64,000 nucleotides of DNA, taken from Candidatus Binatia bacterium. Its GTDB lineage: Bacteria > Desulfobacterota > Binatia > Bin18. Positions 33,062 through 44,997 of the stretch are shown one piece after another (the first letter of the stretch is position 1; each line of letters opens with the position of its first letter). The DNA is taken from NCBI GenBank assembly GCA_963666315.2, contig CAXXHG010000007.1, positions 1 through 64,000 on the forward strand, read 5' to 3'. A model generated the notes under the pieces. The model searched no databases, was not told where the DNA came from, and worked only from the letters and a program-made list of their open reading frames with translations. The translations under genes and the position numbers were made by a program.

Positions 33062-34444
33062 GTGACCCAGAAAGAGCGACACGCCAGGACGATTATTCAG
33101 ACTTTGCGTCAACGTGGCTACACCGCGTATTTGGCTGGTGGCTGTGTGCGTGATCGGCTGCTCGGGATAGAGGCCCGGGATTTTGATGTTGCGACCAATG
33201 CCCGCAGCATGGATGTCCAAGCCCTCTTTCCTCATACCATTCCAATCGGAATCCAGTTTGGTGTCGTCGTTGTCTTGCTTGACGGCATTCCATACGAGGT
33301 GGCGACGTTTCGGGCCGATGGGACGTATCATGATGGTCGTCATCCGGTTGCCGTCCGCTTTAGTGACGCACGTGAAGATGCTCTGCGGCGTGATTTTACT
33401 ATTAATGGCATGTTCCTTGATCCTCTAACGGACGAGATCATTGACTATGTTGGCGGGCAGCAGGATCTCAAAAATCGAACGATCCGTGCTATTGGTGACC
33501 CTACGGCGCGGTTTCGGGAAGATCGCTTACGCATGATCCGCGCTGTACGCTTTGCTGCTCGGCTTGATTTTCAGATCGCTCCGGAGACTTTCTCCGCAAT
33601 TCAGCATTTCGCTCCGTCTATCTGCGATATTGCCTGGGAGCGCATTGGGGATGAGGTTGTCAAAATTCTTACTGAAGGCGGGGCTCGTCGGGCCTTTGGA
33701 CTGCTTGCCGAATCTGGATTGTTACAGATTATCTTGCCTGAGATTGCGGCTATGCGGGGAGTGCAGCAATCGCCCGATTTTCACCCTGAAGGTGATGTGT
33801 TCGTGCATACCTTGTTGCTCCTCAGTCAGTTGGACGAACATGATCCGCCCAGTGAGACATTAGCTCTCGGGGCATTACTCCATGATGTGGCAAAGCCACT
33901 GAGTCAGGGCCGTAAGGGAGAACGCATTACGTTTTACGGCCATTGTGAGCGAGGCGCTGATATGGCGGTCGAGATCTGCCAACGTTTGAAACGCTCTCGT
34001 GCAACCTGGGAGCGTGTGGCTTTTTTGGTGAAAAACCATTTGCGCCTCCTGGATGCGCCCCGTATGCGCACGGCTACGCTCAAACGCTTTCTACGACTTG
34101 ATGGAATTGAAGAACTCTTGGCGTTAGCCCGACTAGACGCATTGGCTTCAAACGGCGATCTGAGTCCGTATGAGTTCTGCCGGAAAAAACTCAAAGAGCT
34201 GGGGCCGGAGGGGATAGCTCCAGCCTGCCTACTGAGCGGACGAGATCTCATCCAACTTGGTTTTCAACCCAGCCCGCAGTTTACCGTCATCCTTGACGCC
34301 GTTGAAGAGGCACAGCTTGAGGGGCAGGTCCGAACGTATGAAGACGCCGTCTCCTGGGTCGGACAGCATTGGCAGCCAGAAACGCAGGACGCGGTCGAGA
34401 CTAAGGCGTACCTGCCGAGAGCGAGGAATCGGTCGGATGGGTAG
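33062..34444 (+). CDS. cca: CCA tRNA nucleotidyltransferase with HD domain
   Basis: GGCVRD, DFDVAT, DGRHP loop, RRDFTIN, EDRLR..RA.RF, HPEGDV..HT, LLHDVAK; likely GTG start at 33062. Confidence 0.9.
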   Translation: MTQKERHARTIIQTLRQRGYTAYLAGGCVRDRLLGIEARDFDVATNARSMDVQALFPHTIPIGIQFGVVVVLLDGIPYEVATFRADGTYHDGRHPVAVRFSDAREDALRRDFTINGMFLDPLTDEIIDYVGGQQDLKNRTIRAIGDPTARFREDRLRMIRAVRFAARLDFQIAPETFSAIQHFAPSICDIAWERIGDEVVKILTEGGARRAFGLLAESGLLQIILPEIAAMRGVQQSPDFHPEGDVFVHTLLLLSQLDEHDPPSETLALGALLHDVAKPLSQGRKGERITFYGHCERGADMAVEICQRLKRSRATWERVAFLVKNHLRLLDAPRMRTATLKRFLRLDGIEELLALARLDALASNGDLSPYEFCRKKLKELGPEGIAPACLLSGRDLIQLGFQPSPQFTVILDAVEEAQLEGQVRTYEDAVSWVGQHWQPETQDAVETKAYLPRARNRSDG

Positions 34445-36002
34445 GCTGACGTGGATTGGCCATATGGGCTTGATGAGGCATAGGCGTTGGGGACGTGAGG
34501 GGCAGCGTGACACGTACGGTTGTGCCGTGGTCGAGTCGGCTTTCGATCTGCAGCGAACCGCCATGCGCGAGGACGATGTGCTTCACAATAGCCAAGCCCA
34601 GCCCTGTTCCCCCCAGTTCGCGAGAACGGGCTTTATCCACCCGGTAAAAGCGCTGCGTTAGGCGTGGAATGTCCGTCTCTGGAATCCCGCAGCCCGTGTC
34701 TGAGACTGCGATTTCGAGCCAGCCTGGCTGTGCGGTCGTCTCAGTACTGGCCTGGCCCGTAGAGCTGGATGTTTCTCCCAATTCTCTTAATTCGTTCCGT
34801 CCATCCTGTCCGTCCTGTCCCGCGTGTTGAGGCAGGACCTGAACGGACACTGTCACCTGCCCCTGAGCGGGCGTATATTTGACCGCGTTATCAATAAGAT
34901 TAATCAGCACTTGGTGGAGGCGATCACGATCGCCGTTCATCATTGGTAGAGAAGGCGGGAGATGCCGGGAGAGTCTGACTGTCCCCCGCTGGGCTTTCTC
35001 CCGCACAACGTCAAAGGCTGCATCGACCAGTTCGGAGAGATATAACTCCTCGCGTTGCAGTTCCGTCCGCCCCAGTTCCAAGTTGGACAAGGTGAGCAAG
35101 TCGTCAATGAGGCGACTCAGGCGTTCAGAGTGACGGTCAATAATCGTCAAAAACCGTGTCGAATGTTCAGGATCCTTGGCCGCGCCGTTTAAGAGAGTTT
35201 CTGCATAGCCTTTGATCGCCGTCAGCGGTGTACGGAGTTCATGTGAGACATTGGCCACAAAGTCTGCCCGAATGGATTCGAGCTGTTTCATTGGCGTAAG
35301 GTCATGACAGTCCAACACGTAGCCACTGGCTGGGGCGCCCCGTGTTCCGCTTTGCGACAGGCGCATAACGCTGACGGCAAGCTGGCGCGTTTCTTTCCCT
35401 TCAATCTCAATTTCTTGGGTTATAGCCTCGGCTGAGGTCGGTGATTCAGCACCAAGCCCTTGCTCAGATAACAACTGGTGTAGGACGGGATGGCGAGAAA
35501 ACTCGTGAAACGGTCTGCCCAGCCAATCTTTAGCCGGGTCGAGACCAAACAGGTGTAAGGCTGCAGGATTACAGCGTACGATATTCCCGTCCAGATCGAT
35601 CACGACAATGCCCTCGGTCATGCTCTGTAAGATGGCTTCGAGTTCTTTGTTTTCGTCCTGGAGCTGTTGGAGCTGCTGGGCTCGAAAAGCGACAAATCGG
35701 TGCAGATAGTGCTCCACCGTTCCCAGCTCGTCGTCTTTTCTGACCGGGAGGGTGGGGAGGGTATCTCGGTCCGGGGCAGTAGCCAGAAAGGCGCCGAGTT
35801 CTTGCAAGCGACGTTGGAGTCGAGCATTCTGGCGGAGCGCACTGCCGATAGCGGCAATGCCACACCCAAGAGCGATAAACCAGACCCAGACGGGACGCGC
35901 GGAGGCGGGGAAGAGAAAGAAGAGCTGGAGGCTCAGCAGCGCCAGGATGGCAAGGCCGACTGGAAAGAGTATGGAAAAAGCGATGCTGCTCTTCGCGTGC
36001 AT
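34401..36002 (-). CDS. phoR: Phosphate regulon sensor histidine kinase
   Basis: PAS region, DFVANVSHELRTPLT, NL.DNA.KY, RFYRVDKARSRE.GGTGLGLAIVKH. Confidence 0.92.
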   Translation of the reverse strand: MHAKSSIAFSILFPVGLAILALLSLQLFFLFPASARPVWVWFIALGCGIAAIGSALRQNARLQRRLQELGAFLATAPDRDTLPTLPVRKDDELGTVEHYLHRFVAFRAQQLQQLQDENKELEAILQSMTEGIVVIDLDGNIVRCNPAALHLFGLDPAKDWLGRPFHEFSRHPVLHQLLSEQGLGAESPTSAEAITQEIEIEGKETRQLAVSVMRLSQSGTRGAPASGYVLDCHDLTPMKQLESIRADFVANVSHELRTPLTAIKGYAETLLNGAAKDPEHSTRFLTIIDRHSERLSRLIDDLLTLSNLELGRTELQREELYLSELVDAAFDVVREKAQRGTVRLSRHLPPSLPMMNGDRDRLHQVLINLIDNAVKYTPAQGQVTVSVQVLPQHAGQDGQDGRNELRELGETSSSTGQASTETTAQPGWLEIAVSDTGCGIPETDIPRLTQRFYRVDKARSRELGGTGLGLAIVKHIVLAHGGSLQIESRLDHGTTVRVTLPLTSPTPMPHQAHMANPRQPTHPTDSSLSAGTP

Positions 36003-36008
36003 GCGATA

Positions 36009-36764
36009 CTACTCTTCGAGTGCGTCGGGGTTGAATTTATAGCCTACACCCCGGACAGTGAGGAGCAGGGTCGGGTTCGCGTCGTCTTGCTCAATACGCT
36101 GGCGCAAACGGCGAATATGGACGTCAACAGTACGGGGCTCAACGTAGACATTATGCCCCCACACCAGATCGAGGATTTGCGTCCGGCTAAAGACGCGGTT
36201 CGGGGACTGGACAAAAAATTTGAGCAGCTCAAACTCGCGCAGACCAAGCGCAGTGGGTTTCCCGTCAAGGACTACTTCATAGGTGTCGTAATCAATCCGC
36301 AGCCGACCCCGCCCATACATGTGATGCGGCCGGTCCAAGGGTGGTCCAGCGGTGCGACGCAAGACGGCTTTCACCCGGGCCACCAGCTCGCGCGGGCTGA
36401 ACGGCTTGGTGACGTAATCGTCTGCGCCCATCTCGAGTCCTAACACTTTGTCGACCTCTGATGCGCGTGCGGTCAGGATCAGAATGGGCAGACTGCGAGT
36501 TTCGTCTCTAGCCCGTAGCAGCCGGCACACTTCAAGACCGGACAGGCCGGGCAACATGAGGTCAAGAATGACGAGGGCGGGCTGTTCTGCAGAAGCCAGC
36601 TTCAGGCTGACTTCACCATCATCTGCTTCGAGAACGATAAAGCCTTCGGTCTCCAGGTTGTAGCGCAGCAGGTCTCGAATATCTTTTTCATCTTCGACGA
36701 TCAGGATTTTGCGTTTGGGCTCCACCGCAACCGCAGGGGCATGTTGGGCATATTGGGCCGCCAT
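36009..36764 (-). CDS. phoB: Phosphate regulon response regulator (OmpR family)
   Basis: ILIVEDE, LDLMLPG, GADDYVTKPFS, RTVDVHIRRLR, TVRG.GY; lies between phoU and phoR. Confidence 0.9.
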   Translation of the reverse strand: MAAQYAQHAPAVAVEPKRKILIVEDEKDIRDLLRYNLETEGFIVLEADDGEVSLKLASAEQPALVILDLMLPGLSGLEVCRLLRARDETRSLPILILTARASEVDKVLGLEMGADDYVTKPFSPRELVARVKAVLRRTAGPPLDRPHHMYGRGRLRIDYDTYEVVLDGKPTALGLREFELLKFFVQSPNRVFSRTQILDLVWGHNVYVEPRTVDVHIRRLRQRIEQDDANPTLLLTVRGVGYKFNPDALEE

Positions 36765-36777
36765 AACATCCTGGTCC

Positions 36778-37461
36778 TCAGACCGAAGTAGGCAGGGGCG
36801 ACATATGCCGGATGCTTTTCCCCTTCGCCATATAAATAACCATCTCAGCAATATTTGTGGCGTGGTCGGCGACCCGCTCAAGATATTTTGCAACAAACAG
36901 GGTACGGGTTGCGCGGCTGGCATACTCCGGTTCGTGTTGCATTCGAGACAGCAGGTCATCAAAGATTTTGGCGGTCAGGGCATCAATCCGGTCATCGCGC
37001 TGGCAGACACTCAGCGCGAGATCGGGATCCGCACGCACAAAGGCATCTAGGCTATCACGGACCATAGACCGTGCGCCCTCGGCCATTTCCGGTAGTTCAT
37101 GTTGCGATTTGAGCGGCGTTTCTTGGTTCAGTTCGATAGCACGCTCGCAGATGTTTTCAGCGATATCGCCCAGGCGCTCCAGGTCAGTCGAAATACGTAG
37201 ACTGGTAGTAATAAAACGGAGATCTTTTGCCGCTGGTTGGTGCAGGGCGAGTAGTCGAATGCACGCCTCATCAATCGTTACGTCGAGATAATTGACCATA
37301 TGGTCTTGTTTAATGACTTTTTGAGCCAGGGTTGAATTACGCTCAATGAGTGAGGCCACCGCATCCCCGATTTGTTTTTCGACAAGGCCGCCCATTTCCA
37401 ACACCTTGGCGCGCAGCTGTTGGAGTTCTTCCTCATATTGTCGATCAGTGTGTAGCGGCAT
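36778..37461 (-). CDS. phoU: Phosphate signalling protein PhoU
   Basis: QPAAKDLR, DLER.GD, LERVADHATNIAE. Confidence 0.96.
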   Translation of the reverse strand: MPLHTDRQYEEELQQLRAKVLEMGGLVEKQIGDAVASLIERNSTLAQKVIKQDHMVNYLDVTIDEACIRLLALHQPAAKDLRFITTSLRISTDLERLGDIAENICERAIELNQETPLKSQHELPEMAEGARSMVRDSLDAFVRADPDLALSVCQRDDRIDALTAKIFDDLLSRMQHEPEYASRATRTLFVAKYLERVADHATNIAEMVIYMAKGKSIRHMSPLPTSV

Positions 37462-37493
37462 GGCGTCCCCCGTTTTCAGCCGATTCGGCCGAT

Positions 37494-38357
37494 TTAGCCG
37501 AATCGGCCCGTAATATAGTCCTCTGTACCTTGTTTGTCGGGTGCTGTGAACACTTTTTCGGTCCGCCCGAATTCTATCAACTCACCCAAATATAAAAAAG
37601 CCGTATAGTCTGATACACGTGCGGCTTGTTGCATATTGTGGGTCACGATGACAATGGTGTACTGCTCTTTGAGTTCATGAATGAGTTCTTCGATCTTTGC
37701 CGTCGCAATGGGGTCGAGGGCCGAGCACGGTTCGTCCATCAGCACAACTTCGGGTTCTACTGCAATGGTCCGCGCAATACAGACGCGCTGATGCTGCCCA
37801 CCGGACAGCGCGAGGGCACTGTCGTGCAGGCGGTCTTTGACCTCATCCCACAAGGCTGCCGCCCTCAGGCTGCTCTCGACAAGTTCATCCAAGCGAACCC
37901 GGTTCTTAATGCCGAGTACGCGCGGGCCGTAGGCAACATTCTCATAGATTGATTTGGGAAACGGATTGGGTTTTTGAAACACCATGCCGACCCGTTTGCG
38001 CAGGGCCGTGACATCAAGGGTGGGATCGAGAATTTCTACACCGCCCATGGTGATACTGCCACTTGTAGTGCAGTTATCGATCAAATCATTGAGCCGATTT
38101 AAACAGCGCAACAAGGTCGATTTACCGCAGCCTGATGGACCAATAAAGGCGGTCGCCTGGCTGCGAGGAATGTCCATAGTGATGTGCTTGAGCGCAGGGG
38201 CGTTGCCATAGCTGAGGCACAAATCTGTAATTCTGACCTCCGGCGTCTGGTTTGATGCCGATACAGGCGAGACGCGGCTGTTGCCGGTCTCCGGACGGCG
38301 GGGGAACGTCACGGCATGGCCGGATGAAGCAGCGGTCGATTTTTCTCGATCTTCCAT
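37494..38357 (-). CDS. pstB: Phosphate ABC transporter ATPase
   Basis: [50 protein letters not shown]. Confidence 0.96.
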   Translation of the reverse strand: MEDREKSTAASSGHAVTFPRRPETGNSRVSPVSASNQTPEVRITDLCLSYGNAPALKHITMDIPRSQATAFIGPSGCGKSTLLRCLNRLNDLIDNCTTSGSITMGGVEILDPTLDVTALRKRVGMVFQKPNPFPKSIYENVAYGPRVLGIKNRVRLDELVESSLRAAALWDEVKDRLHDSALALSGGQHQRVCIARTIAVEPEVVLMDEPCSALDPIATAKIEELIHELKEQYTIVIVTHNMQQAARVSDYTAFLYLGELIEFGRTEKVFTAPDKQGTEDYITGRFG

Positions 38358-38367
38358 ACCAGGCTCT

Positions 38368-39999
38368 CTAAAACACACCAAAGCGCAACCGGCTGCGTAG
38401 CCGGTTGCGTATGGCAATGGCCACAAGATTCAATGCTATCACTATCACAATTAACAACAAAGCGGTCATAAATACCATGGGTTTTGCCGCTTCAACGTTG
38501 GGCGACTGAAAACCGACATCGTAAATATGAAACCCGAGATGCATGAATTTACGCTCCAAATGGAAAAACGGCCAGTGACCGTCGATGGGCAGCGTTGGAG
38601 CAAGTTTTACGACTCCGGTGATCATAAGCGGGGCCACTTCTCCGGCTCCGCGCGCCATAGCTAGAATAGTACCGGTGAGAATGCCTGGCAATGCGCCCGG
38701 AATAACAATTTTCCGCAGGGTCTCCCATTTGGTCGCCCCGAGTGCTAACGACCCCTCGCGCCACTCTCTGGGAATGGAGGAGAGTGCTTCTTCGGTTGCC
38801 ACAATGACAACCGGTACAGTCAGGAGAGCAAGGGTGAGCGAGGCCCACAGGATCCCGCCGGTGCCATAGGTCGGCGTTGGCAATACATCTTGATAGAAAA
38901 GCTGATCAAGCGTCCCGCCCACACCATAGACAAAAAATCCTAAGCCAAAGATGCCGAAGACGATAGCAGGTACCCCAGCCAAATTGTTCACCGCAATCCG
39001 TACCGCTCGGACGAGTGGCCCTTGCTTGGCATAGTCGCCCAGATATAGGGCCGCGACCACGCCGAAGGGTACGACCACAATACTCATGATGATCACCATC
39101 AAGACCGTCCCGAAAATGGCAGGAAAAACCCCGCCCTCGGTATTCGCCTCACGCGGATCTTCCCAGAAAAATTCCCAGAATCGAGTAATATACAAAGCAA
39201 AGCGCTCAAGTCGGCTCATAGTATTAGGCAAGTAGGCACGCACAACGCCGGCGATAGCAAGCTCTTTTTGCTTGCCGTTGATATCCTGCACGACGATGTG
39301 ATAGCGCGCGTTTTCTTTGTATAAAGCGGCCAGCTCTTGGGCTTTTGTCTCATAGGTTTGTTGCCAAGAGGCTATTTTTTTCTCTAATGCAGTAATTTCT
39401 TCAGCTGCCCGGATTGGATCGGTCTCTTTGCGTTGGGTACTCTTTACTGCGATGCGGAGCTGCTCGAGTTCATAGTTGATACTGCCGATATCCTTCTTTT
39501 CGATGGCGTGAATTTTGTCCAGGGTTGCCTGGGTACGGGTGTGGAGCTCCTGAAATTTCGGCCAGGCCTGCACAAATCCCTGGGCGACGCTTTGGCCATC
39601 TTGCCGAACTGTGGTGAGGAAACCAAAGAACGGTCCCCACTCCAAACGCTCAAAGTAGACGACATCTTCTGGAAAGACATGAGCTGTCATGCGGCGGTCA
39701 TCTACCCAGCGAAAATCCGAGCCATACAAATCGCGGTTCGCAACCTGGAACTGGGTCCGGTACTGCGCAGGCGCGTCCGATCCGTCTTGCTGAGGGATTG
39801 CTTCTGTCGCGCGGACTATACCCAGGAGCTTTTGCCCATCCTGTAAATCAACGGCTCTGAGTTGATCAGGCCAGAAGAAGCCAAGCGCGTTTGCCGCAAC
39901 GATCCAGATAAGAGCCGCGATCATAAGCAGGCTAAAGGCCAGCGCCCCGCCGGTTAGCCAGATGAATGGATCGCCACTGTGCAAAAGCCTTTTGAGCAT
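38368..39999 (-). CDS. pstA: Phosphate ABC permease PstA (long form with periplasmic domain)
   Basis: [35 protein letters not shown]. Confidence 0.93.
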   Translation of the reverse strand: MLKRLLHSGDPFIWLTGGALAFSLLMIAALIWIVAANALGFFWPDQLRAVDLQDGQKLLGIVRATEAIPQQDGSDAPAQYRTQFQVANRDLYGSDFRWVDDRRMTAHVFPEDVVYFERLEWGPFFGFLTTVRQDGQSVAQGFVQAWPKFQELHTRTQATLDKIHAIEKKDIGSINYELEQLRIAVKSTQRKETDPIRAAEEITALEKKIASWQQTYETKAQELAALYKENARYHIVVQDINGKQKELAIAGVVRAYLPNTMSRLERFALYITRFWEFFWEDPREANTEGGVFPAIFGTVLMVIIMSIVVVPFGVVAALYLGDYAKQGPLVRAVRIAVNNLAGVPAIVFGIFGLGFFVYGVGGTLDQLFYQDVLPTPTYGTGGILWASLTLALLTVPVVIVATEEALSSIPREWREGSLALGATKWETLRKIVIPGALPGILTGTILAMARGAGEVAPLMITGVVKLAPTLPIDGHWPFFHLERKFMHLGFHIYDVGFQSPNVEAAKPMVFMTALLLIVIVIALNLVAIAIRNRLRSRLRFGVF

Positions 40000-40039
40000 G
40001 CTGCCTCCCGATTGGCACGGTGTTGAAAGTTGTGACGAT

Positions 40040-42340
40040 CTAGATGCAGCCATAGCGTTTACTCAGGCGTTGGCGCACAACCTCAGCGGCCGTATTGACT
40101 AGGAAGGTCAAAACAAAAAGCAGAAGTGCAGCCAAGAACAGGATCCGGTAGAGTGTTCCGCCGTGAGGAGCCTCAGGGATTTCCACGGCAATATTGGCTG
40201 AGAGCGCGCGAAAGCCTGTAAATGGATCAAAGTCCATGATTGGCGTGTTGCCGGTCGCCATCAGCACGATCATGGTCTCACCCACCGCCCGCCCGAACCC
40301 AATCATAATCGCAGAAAAAACACCTGGACTTGCGGTTGGTATCACCACCCGTAGAGCGGTTTGCCAGCGTGTCGCACCCAGGGCTAAGGAACCAGAGATG
40401 AGATGTTGTGGTACGTTGGAGAAGGCATCTTCACATATGGTATAGATAATGGGGATAACGGCAAACCCCATAGCAAAACCCACAATAAGGGAGTTGCGTG
40501 GGTCATAGCGTACGCGGGTTGTGTCAAACAACCATTGCGGAAAATCGCCGCCAAAAAAAGCGGCTTCGATTGGGCCGTTCAGGACAATACAACCGTAGAC
40601 GGTAAACATGATGACCGGCGTCAAAAACAGTAGCTCTACGCCCGGTTTGAGATGGCTGCGGACTGCAACAGGAATCCCCTGCCAAGCCACGGATGCAATC
40701 AGAGTCACAAGCGGTAGGGCGATACACATCAGGACCAGAGCCGGGACCATGTCGGCCACGAGTGGGGCGAGCCACAGAGCAGCAAAAAACCCCAACACCA
40801 CGCTCGGCAGTGCTGCCATCACCTCGACCGACGGCTTGACGATATTGCGCAAGCGTGGATGCATGAATTGCGAAGTATATAGTGCAGCGCATAGACTCAG
40901 CGGGATGGCGAACAGCAGGGCGTAAAATGTGCCCTTCAAGGTGCCGTAGGCAAGCGGCATGAGACTGAATTTCGGCTCGAAATCGTCGGTTCCACTACTG
41001 GACTGCCAGGTGTAATCTGGCGCGCTATAACCTTCGTACCAGATCTTTCCGAACAGGGCTGAGAAGGTGATTTCGGGGTGCGGGTTTTCGACTGCCCAGT
41101 TATACATCCGACCGTGTTGGTTAAGGGCAAGAATGCCGTTTGCGCGCGGCGCATAGGTGATGAATGTAATCGGGCTCTGAGCGCTATCGAGCGTGAGCAG
41201 GGTTGTCTCGGTCGTGGCATACTGCAGGCGAACAGCACCCGTGGCATCCGCGCTGACAAAACCTTTATTTCGAGGCGAGGCAGAAATAGCTGTCACCGCT
41301 GCTTGGTGCGATTGCAGGACGTGGATTTTGCGAAAAGGTAACTCAGCTGGATTGTCTTGGTCTCGCACTTGGAACCAGACACTCACGCCGCCCGCGTCGT
41401 CACCCATAACCAAAGAGCGGTCGCCAATCAGCCAGGCCATTACGCGAATGGGCGTGTTCTCTTGACTACTGCCGAGAAAACGACGTGCGACCTGAGGCTC
41501 CTCCCCGTCACTAATGTCCCAATGGATGACTTCGCCCGTTTCGAGTGCGGCAAATAAATTTCTTTGTTCAGCGTCCAGTGCAAGCGCTGTTACCTCGGCG
41601 GTGAGAGCCGTAGAGAGATCAATCGTATATTCTTCGACTTCCGCCTCACCCAGAAAAGATTCTCGTGCGCGTTGGGTCAGAAAGATAAGCGTGCGAGGGC
41701 CGACGAGAGCAGCCAGCGACATTATTTCTTCCTCTTCGTCCGTATACTGATACACGAGTGCGCTAATCGCCCGGCCTTCCCGGTCGAGGGAAATGGGCTC
41801 TCCTTCGGTAACTCGTGGCGTAGTAATACGCTGCTTGCCTTCAAATGAAATAGGGAAAGAGATGACGAGCGGAATAACAACACCGTCGGCCGTCCCTATT
41901 GCAGCCGTGTGGGTGAGGTTGTGAAAATACACCGCAGTTGGCCGGCGTCCCTGAAGAGCCTGGATCTCGTGGCGCTGCAGCAGCTGATTATTTGTTAAGG
42001 AAATAAAGTCTACTGTTCCCGCCTGTGTAATCGTGTATGCAATCTCCCGATACTCATCGATGCCAAGAGCCAAGGGTGAGGGCGAGCCTTCAATCGAAAC
42101 AAGATCGGTGAGCGGAGTCACAGGAGTCTCAAGTTCCGCACTCGGTGCGCTCCAGAGAGGGAGGGTCTCCGCCACGATAACAAAGAGCAGGGCTGTAATG
42201 CTGAGAATAACTGCAAAGCCACCAAAAGTGATGATTATCGTCGCAGCCTTGTCGGCCAACTTCTTGCGCTTAGCGCGGCGTTTGTCTTCAAGTGTAGAGA
42301 GGCGGCCGTTAACGGGCTGTGAGGCCGGGGGTTGGGTCAT
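40040..42340 (-). CDS. pstC: Phosphate ABC permease PstC (long form with WD40-like propeller)
   Basis: WYEGY..P...WQSSS...FEPKFSL.PL, ALPSVVLGF, GRAVGETMIVLMATGN. Confidence 0.93.
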   Translation of the reverse strand: MTQPPASQPVNGRLSTLEDKRRAKRKKLADKAATIIITFGGFAVILSITALLFVIVAETLPLWSAPSAELETPVTPLTDLVSIEGSPSPLALGIDEYREIAYTITQAGTVDFISLTNNQLLQRHEIQALQGRRPTAVYFHNLTHTAAIGTADGVVIPLVISFPISFEGKQRITTPRVTEGEPISLDREGRAISALVYQYTDEEEEIMSLAALVGPRTLIFLTQRARESFLGEAEVEEYTIDLSTALTAEVTALALDAEQRNLFAALETGEVIHWDISDGEEPQVARRFLGSSQENTPIRVMAWLIGDRSLVMGDDAGGVSVWFQVRDQDNPAELPFRKIHVLQSHQAAVTAISASPRNKGFVSADATGAVRLQYATTETTLLTLDSAQSPITFITYAPRANGILALNQHGRMYNWAVENPHPEITFSALFGKIWYEGYSAPDYTWQSSSGTDDFEPKFSLMPLAYGTLKGTFYALLFAIPLSLCAALYTSQFMHPRLRNIVKPSVEVMAALPSVVLGFFAALWLAPLVADMVPALVLMCIALPLVTLIASVAWQGIPVAVRSHLKPGVELLFLTPVIMFTVYGCIVLNGPIEAAFFGGDFPQWLFDTTRVRYDPRNSLIVGFAMGFAVIPIIYTICEDAFSNVPQHLISGSLALGATRWQTALRVVIPTASPGVFSAIMIGFGRAVGETMIVLMATGNTPIMDFDPFTGFRALSANIAVEIPEAPHGGTLYRILFLAALLLFVLTFLVNTAAEVVRQRLSKRYGCI

Positions 42341-42374
42341 TATTTGTGGTGTCTCTCGTCTTTCCGAATAGGTC

Positions 42375-43343
42375 CTATTCTAATTGAGTTCGATCAGCTG
42401 CGACCAGCGTGGCCGACATTGGATAGTAGCCGTCTTTGACCACAATCTCTTGGCCTTCTTTACTCAAGACAAACTTGAGGAATTCCCGGACCAATGGATC
42501 AAGGGGCTTATTGGGTTCCTTATTGACGTAGACGTACAGGAAACGGGCGAGAGGATATTTGCCGCCCAGTACGTTTTCGTAGGTTGGCTCAACATAGCGC
42601 ATGCCTCTTTTAGCTAAGGGAACCGTCCGAACGCCAGAAGTTGTGTAGCCGATACCACTATAGCCAACGCCATTCTTGTCTTCGCTAATGCCCTGTACGA
42701 CCGAAGCTGATCCAGGTTGCTCCTTGACGGTGTCTTTGTAGTCGCCTCTGCACAGCGCCTTCTTCTTAAAGAAACCATACGTGCCCGAGGCCGAGTTGCG
42801 ACCATACAGACTGATAGGCGAAGAAGCCCAGGCTCCATCTAGGCCTAGGTCGCCCCACGTAGCTGCGTCAGCTATCGCACCACAGCTGCGGTTCTTTGAG
42901 AAAAGGGCATCCACTTGCTGGACGTTCAGGCCCTGAATCGGATTATCTTTGTCGACAAAGACCGCCAAGGCATCGAGTGCAGTAGGGATCGGCGTGGACT
43001 TGTAGCCGAACTTGCTCTCAAAGGCATCTTGTTCTTTATTCTTCATTTTGCGCGACATGGGGCCGAGCTGGGCAGTCGCTTCGATCAACGCGGGTGGGGC
43101 CGTGCTCGAGCCTTTGCCTTCAATCTGAATATTCACGTTTGGATATATTTTCTTAAATCCCTCCGCCCACAGGGTCATCAGGTTGTTCAAGGTGTCAGAG
43201 CCAATACTATTGAGATTACCGGAGATGCCGCTGACCTTTTCGTACGCGGGGAGATTGGCATCAACTGGGATGGTTTGGGCGGTAGCCAGAGAAGCACTCA
43301 GCACTACTGCCCCGCATGTTGCCAAATTTTTTTTTATTTGCAT
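42375..43343 (-). CDS. pstS: Phosphate-binding protein PstS
   Basis: [48 protein letters not shown]. Confidence 0.95.
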   Translation of the reverse strand: MQIKKNLATCGAVVLSASLATAQTIPVDANLPAYEKVSGISGNLNSIGSDTLNNLMTLWAEGFKKIYPNVNIQIEGKGSSTAPPALIEATAQLGPMSRKMKNKEQDAFESKFGYKSTPIPTALDALAVFVDKDNPIQGLNVQQVDALFSKNRSCGAIADAATWGDLGLDGAWASSPISLYGRNSASGTYGFFKKKALCRGDYKDTVKEQPGSASVVQGISEDKNGVGYSGIGYTTSGVRTVPLAKRGMRYVEPTYENVLGGKYPLARFLYVYVNKEPNKPLDPLVREFLKFVLSKEGQEIVVKDGYYPMSATLVAADRTQLE

Positions 43344-43458
43344 AGTGTTTCCTTTGGGCCGCATTGTAGACGCTGCGAGCGCTTTTTGTGCCAAAAACTG
43401 CTCTGGATGTAATATTTTCCAAACTCCTGGTTCGATGGGCTCGGGATTGCACAGGCCG

Positions 43459-44844
43459 TTAGTAGAAGACCATGAACCTGCTCTGGAGGATGTTCGCTGC
43501 TCCGGAATCCTTGAGATCTGCATGGATATAATTAAACGCAACGCGCATATTGGGATTCAAATACCAGTTGATGCCAAAGGTAAGATTCCCTAACTCGCCT
43601 CCCTGAATATTATTATCGCTAAGATCGAGGGTGGAGTACCGACCCGCTAGTTGCCAGGCGCCCCAGCCGCCATTCCAGTCGAGGTTTCTTAACGGGGTAA
43701 TTTTATCAAATGAGCCAACTGTTGGTCTGTATGAACGATGCTCACCGGTGAGGAAGTAGGTGCCAAGAACATAGAAACCGTGAAAGTGGGCATCAGTCTG
43801 CTCGGGACGGTTAACGAAGGCGCTTATCCATTCAAATTGCATCGAGGCGGGCCCGTATTGGAAGCCGAGCTCTGGATTGAAGATATTGACACCTTCCGCA
43901 GCAAATGTGTCGGTGTCAACAAAACGAGGGCTGAGGTGGGCTTCGGGCCGGGCACGGTAGCGTATGCCCCGTCCATCGCGAAATTGATGACTGTACGACA
44001 AACCAAGGTGCAGGAGCTTCCGGCCTTTTTCTTCATACCACGGCACGCCGGAAAAACGAGCCGTGATGTTGTAATTGCTGTCCGGACCGAAGGAGTTGCC
44101 AGAATCGTCAGCGTCGCGAAAGACGCCGACGCCCCATAAGGCGCGTTTGTCGAAAGCTGTGTTGTGGAGCATGAAACCCGTATTCCGTTCGGGGGAAAAC
44201 GTATTTGGCAGACCTCGCTCCATAAACGTAAAATGTGTCCGGCTATTGGCCTGTTCGAGCGAGAACGGCTCTTTGTAATGGCCGACCCGCAGATTGCCAA
44301 AGTAGGGGATCTTGGTGATTTCTATATACACATCTTTAAAATCGGTGTCCGTGCCCTCAAAATCGAGCTGAGATTTATACTTCATATTATTGTAGACTAA
44401 TCCGGAGATCATGATTCGGGCCTGTCGAAATTCGGTCCCGTCGCCAATCGCTCTGCCGCCGTTCACATCGCGATCGGTGTCAAAGAGTGCCCAATCACTC
44501 AAGATCCGGCCCCCAATTTTGAGCTTAAAGTTCCCGTCAAGCGAATCGAGTCGCAAACCACCTTTCCAGTATGGCATCAGATAATTTTTGGGTCGGTCGT
44601 TGACGTTCTCCTCCAGGTGGGAAACGGTATCCCGGAGGTCCGATACTGCTTGCGATTGTTCTTCCTCGGCTCGAGCCTTATTTAGTAAGTCTTTATACTG
44701 CTGGTCACTGATCTGGCCGCTGGCTTGAAGAATGTCGAGAATATCTTCCGCTACACTCTTCCTGGCCTGTGCCGTCGTGATGCTCCACGGTCCAGCCAGT
44801 AATAGCCCTATACACAGGGCCGTCCCTAGTACCTTCATGTACAT
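43459..44844 (-). CDS. OprO/OprP family phosphate-selective porin
   Basis: Signal peptide, FRQAR, G..KEPFSLE, FMER, WQLA.RYS.LDL, G.NWYLN, terminal aromatic residue. Confidence 0.88.
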   Translation of the reverse strand: MYMKVLGTALCIGLLLAGPWSITTAQARKSVAEDILDILQASGQISDQQYKDLLNKARAEEEQSQAVSDLRDTVSHLEENVNDRPKNYLMPYWKGGLRLDSLDGNFKLKIGGRILSDWALFDTDRDVNGGRAIGDGTEFRQARIMISGLVYNNMKYKSQLDFEGTDTDFKDVYIEITKIPYFGNLRVGHYKEPFSLEQANSRTHFTFMERGLPNTFSPERNTGFMLHNTAFDKRALWGVGVFRDADDSGNSFGPDSNYNITARFSGVPWYEEKGRKLLHLGLSYSHQFRDGRGIRYRARPEAHLSPRFVDTDTFAAEGVNIFNPELGFQYGPASMQFEWISAFVNRPEQTDAHFHGFYVLGTYFLTGEHRSYRPTVGSFDKITPLRNLDWNGGWGAWQLAGRYSTLDLSDNNIQGGELGNLTFGINWYLNPNMRVAFNYIHADLKDSGAANILQSRFMVFY

Positions 44845-44893
44845 CCTTTCCTTCCTCCTATGGGATTTCTCCGATCGAAGGTAAGTCGAGGAT

Positions 44894-44933
44894 GTTACAA
44901 GAAGATGACAAAGCAATGATATATCGATGACAG
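44894..44933 (-). promoter_or_regulatory. Pho box array (four heptamers, 11-bp period)
   Basis: Minus strand CTGTCAT-4-ATATCAT-4-TTGTCAT-4-TTGTAAC, about 50 nt upstream of the porin-pstSCAB-phoUBR operon. Confidence 0.85.
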
Positions 44934-44937
44934 ATGG

Positions 44938-44966
44938 CGCCCCTGCCTATGCCGAGGCAGGGGGCG
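44938..44966. terminator. GC-rich hairpin after the second porin gene
   Basis: CGCCCCTGCCT...AGGCAGGGGGCG; no clear U-tract on the minus strand. Confidence 0.4.
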
Positions 44967-44997
44967 TAGTTTTCATTCGGATGTGTTCAGTCGCTTT

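Noticed and set aside
38368-42340. Unusually long PstA and PstC
   Set aside because: Long forms with periplasmic or propeller domains are already known from Pseudomonas-type pst operons.
43327-43335. A9 homopolymer near the pstS start as a phase-variation switch
   Set aside because: In frame, encodes the lysine-rich n-region of the signal peptide, and there is no evidence of variation.
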